A stretch of DNA of 64,000 nucleotides from Tubiluchus corallicola (taxonomy: Eukaryota; Animalia; Priapulida), in the NCBI GenBank assembly GCA_030141605.1, contig JAQGDQ010000013.1:634447-698446 (forward strand), in the 5' to 3' direction. Positions 28,465-41,500 of the stretch are shown here, piece by piece; within the stretch, counting starts at the first letter, position 1; each line of letters begins with the position of its first letter. The notes beneath the pieces were generated by a model, which saw only the letters and a program-made list of their open reading frames with translations, was not told where the DNA came from and made no database searches. Position numbers and translations under genes: made by a program.

Positions 28465-31400
28465 TGTGTGTGTGTGTGTGTACACCTAGAGACTTGTCTC
28501 CTCACCCGGGTTAGGTTATGAGAAAAGCAGTAATGAACCCACATTTATTAGAATTTAACATTGCTTCTTACCGTTTGATACAGTTTGCAAATGTATTTAC
28601 ATTTACAAAATTAAGGAAACTGAAAGAAAAAGCACATACTTCATCGCGTAGTGCAAAAGTTATTTTACCTCTTTATAAAGCTGTACTAGTTAGACCAGTG
28701 CTTGAGTATGCGTGCCTTTGCTTGGTCACCACAGTATGATACTCTTAAGAATGCTTTAGAAAGAACTCAATGAATATTAGTCTGGCCTCTGATATTCAAC
28801 CTGATTCTGTGTCTTCTCTTGAACAACGCCGTGATACTGTAAATCTTAACTGTTATAAAGTCATTAGTGGTAGTTCTAGTTTGCGTAGTGACAAATTTTT
28901 TTCTAGACCATTACATGATTTACATGGACACAATTATAAATTATTTGTACAGTACTCTCGCACTAATATCAGAGCTCATTTCTCTTCTTGTGTTGTGGGC
29001 CCTTGGAATTCACATAAGAGTGAAACAGTTGCCACATCAAATCTGCCGCAATTTTGCAAATTGTTGAAGAGAGACCGTCAATAATCGTACTATGGTTAGG
29101 TCTCTTAGACTTCGCAATCAAGCAAAAATGTGAAAATTAATGTCGATCTGACCTGATTTTACTTTAGCTATTGTTGACTAATCACGCTAGTTTGTGAAAT
29201 CACCTGGCTTCCAACACTATGAATAACAACCACAACACAATTTTAGTGCTACTATCAATACTGTTCATGAGTCTCATGATGCATATTATACTGCTCTGTG
29301 TTACATTTAGGATGTTGAGAAAGAAACGGTGTCTGAAATAGAATTACAATTAGCAATTGAACTACTCATTAATCACGGCATAGGCAACATTATTGAAGAT
29401 TGGTTTATGGAGTGTTTACGGATTGACCTCGTGGAAAACATTGGACCGCCATTCCACTCACATTTCTCTGCACTTGTTCCAAAGGATTCTGCTATTCCTT
29501 TCATAGGAAAGGTATTTGATGAATTTGGATGACTGTACATAATATTTTCAAAATTTTTGTTTGTTTTAAGACACATGTCTTACGATTTTGAAGAATGATT
29601 TGAGACACACTAAGTCATTGCTTAACGACAGTACTGCGCTCCTGCAAAATGCAACATCAGGCGAAACATCCTTAAACAAAGCCAAGATTTTCATAGAAAG
29701 TAATGTGAAAGAACTGAAGTATGTTCCAGAGGCAAAAATCAGTGTTGCTTAAATTATATAAATTAAACATTTTATGAGTTTTTTATACTTCTACTGATTA
29801 ATTTCTTTGTGCTTTCTTGAAACCGCCCATCTTTCTTATCAGTGTCTAGCTAGCGGTTTCTCTTTCGTTAACATTAAAGCTTAGGCAGTGGTTAAACAGT
29901 AACACTTGGTAGTCAAAATCAAGACCTGGGGCCACCTTAGGATAATTTAAGCTAGATACTTAGTCTGGTTGCTATAGCAACAGGTTGCAGGCAAAATTCC
30001 TTCACATAAAGTTTGCACCCAAGTGTTTATAAATTGGAGTCATTTAAGTGGCAAACAGATCTCGCTTGATAGAAACGGTTAGCATTTCCTAGTCAGTTGG
30101 TAAGCAAAAGCATATATAATGATTGTACTGTTTTAAAAACTTGTGTGCTTTCAGAACAAAATAGCACAATTTAGTTTTTCAAATTAGGCAGAAATGTCGT
30201 TAAGTCGAAATATTGGCTTTGAGCAAAGTAAAAAATCATTGTTAACAATGAAACGTGGCAAATTAAGTGAAAAAGGTGTCAAATGTTGAGTATCATTAAA
30301 GTGAAGCATCATTAAGCGGGGTGCCTTACTGTAGTGTCCTTTTATGTTAAGAGCACCAGTAGTTTCTATTATGTCATGTCTTTGTTTCAACAACAATTGA
30401 ATATACAAGTAATTATTAATTTTTGGATTTGTTTTCAGGTTATTAGTGAATTATATGAAAACTTAATGGTTTATTACCCTCCACTGAAGCAACTAGCAGA
30501 TGTTAAACTGTGTACAAGTGCAGGAAGAGATCCACTAAGCTCTGTTAATGTATGTATTGATTTAAACAAGTTTATATTTATATTTTTTCCTCAAATCGGC
30601 ACTCTGTACGGCAGAATCCATCATTCAGCAACAGGGCCTACTCACAGAATATTTTTGTGGTGAGACCAGACCCTGGTTTATTATCAAGGATAATCCTCTA
30701 AGGGAGCCAGTGAACCATCAGAGGTGTCTCAAGTAACTTTTGGAAATATATACATTCCTCCTGTAGGAGGTGAGCAGCCACAATCAGTATGGCAAATGAA
30801 ACCGGTCAGAATTAGTATCTAACCCAGATGACCTTGTGTGAAGCATGACCGCTCAGCTGTGAACTCGCTTCATTGTAAAAAGCTGGTTGTTTCATGTATA
30901 CGGAGCGATTAATGCGCGAATAGATAAAAAACAACAGATTAGTTTAGCAAAAGAATGAACAGTGTCCAAGTATTCAAATATATGAACAGTTAGACAATGG
31001 ATCTTTATTGTTTTGTATATTTTAGTACATCGTAATGCTGTAAATATTAAATAAATTATTTATTGTCAATTATATTTTAATAATGAATTATTAAATATCC
31101 TGCAATTATAGGGATTAGAAGAGAGCTTTGTGGAAAGGGCGCAGACCTTATTTAAAGCTATATTATTACCCAAATACAAAATCTCAGACAAGATTTATTC
31201 TACCGTGGAATCTTTCTATACGCTAGCTATGAATATATATCAAGCTACAGAAAAACAAAATAACAAAGAAAGTATGTATGAATGTTTTTGTTATTATATA
31301 TTCACTTATTTATAAGTTATTAGTAATTATTAGTTATTAATAACTTTTTAGATTTTTATGTTTCTCTAATTTTTCTCAATTTTATTAACAATTTGACCTG

Positions 31401-34400
31401 CTGTTCTGGACTTGAAGCTTTGCTGAAAGCTCTGTCGTAGAAGGTTGTGTAGAAGATTATCTTTCCTACTTACATTTCGATGCGTGATTGCATGACTTAA
31501 GGAATACCTTTGCAACAGTGGCTGCTCGTAGCTAAAATTACTGGGGGTGCTGCTTCAGAAAATTTTTAGCCATTGTTTTAATACCGTGTGAAACGAAACA
31601 AACGTATGTAATTTTAATGTTGTAATTTATAATTGCAATTTTAAAGAAACAAACATTCGAAAATTTATATATGAACTTTGTAACATCCTAAACGAAAAAT
31701 ATTGTTTGCTTACATATAGCTTAATTTGGTGCAGTTCAAAAATATGTTGGTACATGGTTTTAAGCACGTGATAATTGACAGCACACACTGCCTGAGTGAC
31801 AGTACTCTTTCTACCTGAAGTGCAGCTTCTTATCTCAGACAGTAGAGCATGGTCACATGCACACAACAGCCAGATACCATGTTGCTTGAGATGTGAGCAC
31901 TCTGTGCTGGGCTGTGAAGCAAACCACATTACCCTCACATGCTTTGGTTCTGTACAAGTATAAAGAAAGAACTAAAGAAAAAAGACTTATTATATTGAAT
32001 ATTATCAATAATATTGAGTGAAAATAGGGGGTGCTGCAGTTCCACAGTACCTATACATGAGCCGCCACTTCTTTGCAACTACTGAACTTCAAAATCTTTT
32101 GTGAGGCGATTCAGCTGCCACCTTTCCCAACTGTAGCTATCAGAGCTAAAATAAATGTAGAAATTAGTGTAATTTCTTTCAGGAAACGTTGCTAACAAGA
32201 ATAAGGTTTGTTGTAATTAATCAAGAAATAAATTCTAATGAAACAACTGTGGTAAAACTGTGTTTGTCAAACAAAAAAGTAAGAAAAAAATATTCTAACA
32301 AGAAACAGCTTATAATGCAAAGATTACGGTTGACACGGGTTCTACTTTGCATGCAAAGATTACGGTTGACACGGGTTCTACTTTGCAATAGTTTTTCATT
32401 GACGATACAGCATTTAGTGCAAGGTAGATTTAAAATTCAGTGCAGATATTAAATTCATTATATAATATTCTTATATATACTATCATCATCATCATCGTTA
32501 CTAGTCTTTGAGTTTCATTTGATAATAATATACAAATTAATTCGTTTGATTATCTCTTACTTGGCTGTCGTTCCAGCTGCTCCTGTTCAACTGATTTGAA
32601 ACGCAGTAAAATAACGCTTAGATAGTTGGTTTTTTGGTATTTCTGCATTCATGCATGTATACGTAATGTTATTGCGACAAATGGGTGCAATGATGTAACA
32701 TCAAAATTTGTTTTTTAGCGCCCTAATAAAATTTACTCTATCAAGCAAGAATAATAAAGTACGTTAGCTTAGCATGGAAAAACGGCTTTCTTTTAATTTG
32801 TAGATGACAGCAAAGATGTAACAGATGATGTTTACTGTTCCGGCTGCAACAGTGAAAAAGAAGTTTGCCAGTGTCAATCTTATATGCAAATTTTTCATCA
32901 AGTCAATCAGCAACTGTAAGTACTTATGTAATACGAAAGCGACGCCAAGTTTTGCAATCTTCGCCTTAAGGAAAACTGGACCCCTGATTAGACTCAATCT
33001 GATTTACTGTCTAAAATATACATTTTCTTGCCTATAAAAGTTAGCAATTCTTTGTACTGTTTTAATAATTGCATTAGACAATAAATGAACGGCAGCTGAA
33101 CACAGCTATCGCTTATGTCACTAACTAGCCACAGTTTGTGCAATGGTGGGCATCTTCCTTGCGCTTCAAGTACATTTGTGTAAGCAAAGATTGCTATAAG
33201 GCACTGATGTGATGTCATGAAAATGAGCTCTACGTCACGAATGAACACTGCGGTTCATGATCATGCTTGTCACGATACCGTGCCTATTTGTTGGCTGTGC
33301 GCATGTGACAAAAAGGCACCACTGTCAGTCTTAGTGGATTCGCTGAGCCGCGCGTAGCTTAGAAACTTTAACGAAATTTGACTATCCGAGATAATTATTA
33401 TTTAACCTTGGCTTCATTTAATGATGTTTTGCTTAATGTCGCATTTTGCTGGAACACGTGTGCGTCGTTAAGCTAGAACTTGCTGTAGAAACATTTTATA
33501 AGCAACAAAAAGTTTACGTTGAGCAAATACAAATGATTTGACTTTCACTTAGTTTGTATTGTCTGTGTAAAATTTGACAAAATCGACACTCAAGTGAAGT
33601 TGTTGTTCTGAGAGCTTAGATTGTTGTAAGACTATTGTGGTTATTGCCGCTGCCACATCTGCAATGTCTTTAAATAAGCCTTTTCGTAGTTTCATTGTGC
33701 ACATGCGCAGTTTCTGTAGGTCAAAGGTTTAGTGTACTACAACAACAGTGTACGTAACTACAGCCGTCATGTGAAGCAAAGCCTTCTGCTGCATCAGTTC
33801 AGTAATTTCAGTTTTTACACGGACTTTACTTAAATATGAATTAGTCTGTGAGTAGAGTGATTTACTAGCAGGATCTTGCTTGGGATCAAGAAAAATGAAC
33901 TAGGTAAGGTTCTAGCTAGCTGCTAAAACTGTTACCAATGCTACAACATGGGTTGCGAGGCGTAGTCAAGTGTACATAAACAATGTTGTCTAGTACATTT
34001 AACCTTTGACCTTTTCACGATCATTATCAATCTTTGAAACTGTGAAAACGCTTATTGAATTGTACAGTTATACGATTTTTCATTTCGTCAGCAACACAAC
34101 TTTAAAATGGACTTTCTTTATGGTCCAATTTTTTAACATTTTGTTTATCTTACAGCTACGAGTTGGGTCTCCTCGAGAGGTTTGTAGGAGAGGCTGTTAC
34201 CAAGGTTGTCAATGAGAGGATAAACACTCATATCCAAAATACTTGCAAAGGAATTTTTGAAGCTTCATATCTGTCGCTGCTTGAAACGGTACTTCTATAT
34301 CGATAATAACTGACAAGTGAACCCAATGAAAATGCTGACAAAATAAATAAAACTATTTGAATTATTGAGAAACATTATAATCAGGGCTGCTTTGTTCTGT

Positions 34401-35453
34401 AGGCTAATATAGGCTGCAGCCTAGAGCCGTTCAAAATTGGGGGGCCTCAAGCTTTGATAAAAAGGTTGCTAAAAATGTTTTTCACTATGGTTGTGTTGAA
34501 ATATGTGCTAATTTAGTTTACAATAAATAGTAGAATAGTGGTATTTCTTAAGGAATATTTTACTAAAAAATAAAAGATAGTTATTCTAGTTTATTTAAAG
34601 AATGTGCAATAAGTTTACTTCAAGCTATAAAAATGTCGGTAAAATATATCAGGAGTAAAAAATATTCAAGAGCGGTGCTGGCGAGTTAGAGGGTGGCTCC
34701 ATCTGAAGGGGTGCTGGCGAGTTAGAGGGTGGCTTCATCTGAGGGGAGCTGGCGAGTTAGAGGGTGGCTCCATCTGAGGAGGTGCTGTCGGGTTAGAGGG
34801 TGGCTCCATCTGAGGAGGTGCTGTCGGGTTAGAGGGTGGCTCCATCTGAGGGCGTGCTGGTGAGTTAGAGGGTGGCTCCGTCTGAGGGGGTGCTAGCGAG
34901 TTAGAGGGTGGCTCCATCTGAGGGGATCCACAATTTCATTAACGTTGAGGCCCCCAAAGGTCATAATCCAGCCCTGATGATATTTATATAGATTTAGAGC
35001 AAAATCATTTTAAGGGACAAGAAAACATCGTTCAGAAGTAAATCTTAAAAGATTCGTTATGAAATTTTGTATCACTTACATGTTGTCTTCCCCTTTAATT
35101 GTTATATATTTATCTACTATTGCTGGGTGTTTTATACTGATTTTTGCAGGTTTTGCAATGTTTTATAATCAGCATATGATAATTTATTTCAGTGGTTGGA
35201 AGACAAAGTCATCTGTTGGCTGTCGGAGATTTATCAAGGTCCCGAAGGTTGCAGCAGGCACGGCGACTCGCGTATGGCAAAAGACATACAAACGTACAGG
35301 TCACGATTGTGTTATCTGTTGCACGAAACTTACGCTGCTCTTAGAATAGAACAACTTTTCAACATCATCATAGGTAAGTCAGTGTTAAACTTGAGAATGG
35401 CTGGTGGTTGTGGTGGTGGTGATGGCAGTGGTAATGGTGGTGATGATGACAAC

Positions 35454-35513
<60 letters not shown>

Positions 35514-38500
35514 AATAGTTTATTAACCTCAAAGCTTTGCACTCAATAATTAATGAAAAACGTAAATAAAAACCCCAAGAATAGGCTGAAAAATTATACA
35601 GTACAATAAAACTAGAAACACAGATTCAATGTACAATACATTCTGCATATAAAATTTAAGTCATGATCAATCTAAATCCAATTTAATTCATTTGATTAGG
35701 TTTACAAGTTGGGATAAAAAAGTTTTAGGGTATATTTTGAAAATTCTGACTGCTGTATGTAAATAAGTATTTGATTCGATAATAGAGGAAATAGGTGGAT
35801 GAAAAGGGGCACCTTCCATAAGTGAGTAGTTTTATTCTCGGTTGGATCAAGTTCCTTGAATTTACTGAGTACAAATTACGTTGTGGAATGTACCGCAAAA
35901 TCAACTCCTGAAGATATCAGTGTGCCGGCTAATCGGTGCCGGATTAGGGCACATGCTTTATTGGCTGCAGTCCAGGAGCTCTGCCAGCTGAGGGGCCTCC
36001 GGAGATTGAAATTAATTTACTGTGAAAAGTTACCTCAGAATGAGAGTAAAAGTTTGCTGAATTATCTCTTTAAAAGGTTCAATTAATTAATATGTTGTAT
36101 AATATTGCACTGGAATTGCTCTCTTGTCCATTATTAAAAACTCATTTGTAATGCCAAATTGGCAATCCTGATTACTTGGCAAACTGGCAAACTGATGTTT
36201 TAATTTGACAAATGTCAGAATATTTCTTCTCTTTTTATTGTGTTAAACTTGCACTTAACTAATGTAGGTCTAATGTTGGCTTTATGTTGTAGAAATTGAA
36301 TAAACTGATTTGAAGAATTCAACATTCGTGCTTTTGTTAATTGTCACTGGGGGCCTAATGTAGGCATTATGTAGTAGAAATTGAATAAACTGATTTGAAG
36401 AATTCAACATTCGTGCTTTTGTTAATTGTCACTGGGGGCCTAATGTTGGCTTTATGTTGTAGAAATTGAATAAACTGATTTGAAGAATTCAACAGTCGTG
36501 CTTTTGCTAATTGTCACTGGGAGCCTAATGTTGGCATTATGTTGTGGAAGTTGAATAAACTGATTTGAAGAATTCAACATTCATGCTTTTGTTAATTGTC
36601 ACTGTGGGCCTAATGTTGGCATTATGTTGTAAAAGTTGAATAAACTGATTTGAAAAATCAAACATTCATGCTTTTGTTAATTGTCACTGGGGGCCGGGGC
36701 CTCACAGTATCTGTAACCCAGGGGCCCTGCAGTTGATACACACATTTATAAGCAAGCAACAAAATTTTAAAATTTCCCTTCTATTTAAATGTATGCCATT
36801 GAAAGTCAAGCAAAATTCGTGTTAGATGATTGTGTTTCTTTGTTTTGGTTATATTAATCATTTCTCGTGAAATATTTCTCAACAGCAGCTGAGAACTAGA
36901 ACATTCATTTGTTTTTTTAAATCACCAATTCACCAATGGAAAACAAAAATGGTTTCTTCCTTAGTTATAATTCCCAGTAAGAAATTCTGTTGAATCGATG
37001 CAACATGTTATATTATAGTTGGATCTTGTATTGACAGAATACCCAGAATCCGAACCGGCGATTACTGATTTGAAACAATGTTTGGAAAAGACAGATTTAC
37101 ACTCTGAATTAGTCAAGTCATTGAAAAAGTCGCTCGAAATTAGATTGTTACATCCGGGTAAGTAAATAATCTTAATGGTCATAAAAAAAACTGGTGTCAT
37201 ATCTGAGTTTTTGATGCTGCCATGTTTCTGTTGTCATGAATTTATTTGCATTTGTTTGTTTTTTACTATTTATCTATTCATGTCATTTCCTCTTTATTAA
37301 AAGGATCTAAAATTTTGTTATCTGCTTACTGTATAAATTCTTTCTGTCTGTTTGTCTGTCTGCATCATTTTACTGAAGTTGTTTGCAGTTTTGAGCACTG
37401 GACGTTCTATTGTTATCTGTTACAGCACTGCCCATATCTCCAGCATTAGAGCATTGCACGTTCTATTGTTATCTGTTACAGCAGTGCCTATATCTCCAGC
37501 ATTAGAGCATTGCCCGTTCTATTGTTATTTGTTTCAGGAGTGAACACTTCAGACATTCTCTGTGCCTACATCTCCAGCATTAGAGCATTGCACGTTCTAT
37601 TGTTATTTGTTACAGCAGTGCCTATATCTCCAGCATTAGAGCATTGCACGTTCTATTGTTATCTGTTACAGCAGTGCCTATATCTCTAGCATTAGAGCAT
37701 TGCACGTTCTATTGTTATTTGTTACAGGTGTGAACACTTCAGACATTCTTAGTGCCTATATCTCCAGCATCAGAGCATTGCACATTCGATTGTTATTTGT
37801 TACAGGTGTGAACACTTCAGACATTCTTAGTGCCTATAACTCCAGCATTAGAGCATTGCACGTTCTATTGTTATTTGTTACAGGAGTGAACACTTCAGAC
37901 ATTCTTAATGCCTATATCTCCAGCATTAGAGCATTGTACAGTTTATTGTTTTTTGTTACAGGTGTGAACACTTCAGACATTCTTAGTGCCTATATCTCCA
38001 GCATTAGAGCATTGCACGTTCTATTGTTATTTGTTACAGGAGTGAACACTTCAGACATTCTCAGTGCCTACATCTCCAGCATTAGAGCATTGCGTATTCT
38101 AGATCCCACTGGTGTGATACTAGAACTCGTTTGCGAACCTGTGAGACGTTACCTCAGGTAACTTTGAAATCTCATGTTGGAATGAATGTGCTACATAAAT
38201 TACAAACTTTAAACCCTGTCAAATTTCACGTATTTTCTGACTGAATGTCATTATCTAACTTAACTAAATTTAAATTTTGCTCTACTTCCAATACAAGCCT
38301 GACATTATTTTAAGTATTTTGTGAGAGTGCGGTGAAACCTCTTTTTACTGCCTGCTTTGCGACTGCAAAAAATTTGCATTAAGCAAATTTGTCATAATAA
38401 CGAGGTGCATTAATAATTACAGATCTGTGCGAACATAGATATTTTCTTTTGCTAAAAACTTGGGTTTATAAGCGACATTGGCATTACAGGGTGGAGGGGG

Positions 38501-41500
38501 GTGGTGTTATCACAAGGTTTGACTGTATTTGCCCAGGCACTTTGCTTCTAGAATGAGACATCATATATGTGCTTGCATGACAAAATTGTCAAAAAGTCGC
38601 CAGTTAAGCTTTTCTGGTTATTCACATATCCTGAATCTTAATTTCATGAGGATCATTTTGATACCAAGCTCATTTCTCTATGTTATTTCTAAGCTGAGAA
38701 AAACGTAACCGTGAGAAAATCACTGTTAAAGCTTTTTGTCACACATTTACAAAACACTTAACAACCGTACAAATGTTGGTTGCTACGGACTTTGCAAGAG
38801 CACGATGGTGTTATGTTTAAATCCAGTAGATGGCTCTTCCTAACGAAGAACTTCCTTGGCAACAGAAAAAACCTGAAGCAAAATAGTTGCTTCCACGAGA
38901 TACTGTCGAAGTTTGAAAATACAAGTTTTTTTGCAATTGCATTACTAGTTTCTTGCGCTACAAACGTGTGTGGGGTTGTAAAATTCGATTTTTAGTATTT
39001 TTTGAACATTCTCTCGATAATATGTTTACCATTTGTTCTTATAAAAAGCAAGAAATTGACATTTGATCCAATTTTCGGTGCATTCTACTTTGAAGCATCA
39101 TAACGTAGGTTCAAAAAATCTGCAATTGACAAATGTTTTACTTTGTTCTTCCTCTCCCTTTACTTCATAGATAACGCTCTACGGTCTCAATGTTTTTACT
39201 CGAAATGGGACTGTATATTTTAGCGATAAAGCTTTACACATACTTGTTCCATTTCACCCCTATTTTAATCATACCTGCATATTTCTTTCTTAAGCATTTT
39301 GTATTTTCTTCTTGTTCTTTTTTTGAAGTTTTTGTTCATTACATTGAGCACCATAACCTTATGGTGATTTTGGTAAAAAATATTTGTTTGGTGTCCAGCC
39401 TAAATGGCATAGAATTTGATATGTTGTAAATTTTGAATGATCTAACTGATCTTTCAGAACCCGGGATGACACGATACGCTGTATTGTCTCCAGCCTGACG
39501 GACGACTCGTCTAGTGAATTAGCAGATGAATTAGTTAAAGGAGAACCTCTGATTCTTGATGATAGCTGCCATACAAGTGCTCATGAATCTAGTAAGTTTA
39601 TGTACAGTAGGCACCGTTTATTAGACTGACGGTTAATAGTTTCAATTGCTTAATTGACTCAAAAACACGTGGTACGGGTCGCTCCTGTTCAAATGTATGT
39701 AAAAATTGTCTGTAATTTACTCAAATAACTCCACATAATTCACTCTATATTTTTTCAGCACTTGCTTAAATAAGACACTTGTTCATGACCAGTGAGCCTT
39801 TACTACTTTTATATCATCTTAGCTCTATAATATACGTAGAAACAATCATGTTAAGCACTGTTTTGTTTGTAAGCAAGTACGTTTATCATATGTGCTAATA
39901 CCCCTCGTCACTGCAATTAATCTCGTTACCCAAGAATTTCTGGAAGCTAAACATTGACTCACTTGTCTAGCGGATTCCTTTTGAAGCTGTCGTTGTAAAT
40001 CACGCTTTTATGCTTAATCACTTAACAACAGTCAAACATGCAGGTATAATTTCCTGTTGTCTCAGAAAGTTACAGTTGAAACATTTATAAAAGATCTGTA
40101 AGCTCTTGTGATGTTAAGAAAAGGTCATTGATCTCATTCCGCAGGTAACTCGGAAACTGACAACTGGGAATTATGGTGTCCAGACCCAGTCGAAGCCGAT
40201 CCGACCAGAACCTCGGTCAGCAGACGTTCATCAGACATAATTAGCATGCTAGTTAACATCTATGGTAGCAAAGAATTGTTTGTTAACGAATACAGAACAT
40301 TGCTAGCAGACAGGTACAGCATTTTAGTATACAGTAAGTCCTCGATTAATGCCTCCCCACTTAGCGACGTTTCGTTTCAATGACGCTGTACATTTGACGC
40401 CTTTTTTCTCACTCAATGACGCACGCTTCATTTTAATGACGATTTTATTGAAAGTCATATTTATTTATTCAACAAATTTTTTACCTTATTTCAAGCATTA
40501 AAACTGCATATACTGAATTATTCTATTCTAAAAATGCACTAGTAATCTAAAACAGTATAATTATTGTATGTTTTTGCTTCCCGATTAACTACTAAATTCT
40601 AGCCATTTGAACGAGATCTATTTGTGATTTAGACCCCTCCAGGTACCTCACCTGAGTACGATCTTTGTGTGAAAGAATTTTGTCCACAGCCTGTTCCTAT
40701 AGCAACCAGACCGAGTATCTAGAGGAACTTGTCTCAAGGTCGCCCTAGTTTTTGGCTTGCATTATACAGTGTTTAACCACTAAGTGCATAGGGCTTGATA
40801 TTTACGAAACAGAAACGGTTAGCTCTAGGTATTGGTAAGAAAATTCGGTGGTTTCCAGCAAGCAGAAAGTATTTAATAAGTAGAGATATGAATAAAACTC
40901 ATAAAACGTTTAAATTATATATTTAAAGCAGCATCGATTTCTGCCTCTGGAACTTACATCAGCTCTTTTACCTTCCATGGAAGCCTTGGCTTTGTTTAAT
41001 GTTGCATTTTGCTGGAACACATTAGCGTCGTTAAGCAAGTACTTGCTGTATATGTAAAGTTCTATAAGTTTAAACAGAACAATCCTGGTGGCTGGCAGTG
41101 GATTGACGATTAGAACACTGACTTGGGTCATGTACATAGAGTTGTCTTTTAGATGATTATCCTCTCAATACTGAGTTCTTCTTTGAGTGCTTTCTCTGCA
41201 CTTTTGAAATAGATAGAATTTAAAGACTGAAAAATACCAGTTTTGCCCATTATTAGGCAACTGTCGTTACTGCACAAGTAGAACTCAGACACCACCTGCT
41301 CTGTAAGTTTGGTTAGAATCGGATCAGTGGTCTCACGGAAATAAGAAGAAACACAAATAGACAAGCAGACAAGATTGAGAATAAGGATTGGCTGATCAGA
41401 GCTGAGCAATAGAACCAATAGTTAGGAAAGAAGCATCAATATTGATGATGTCTGCTTCAGGCAGTGTGCAAATGTCTCTTGTTGTCAAGAGTCCAAGTCA

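Noticed and set aside
35374-35549. Poly-Asp extension of the ANAPC2 ORF
   Set aside because: Lies beyond the GTAAGT donor at 35374; intronic (GAT)n.
36270-36694. Regularly spaced repeats as a CRISPR array (also 7568-7750 and 34673-34925)
   Set aside because: Units are contiguous with no unique spacers, there are no cas genes, and the context is eukaryotic: ordinary minisatellites.
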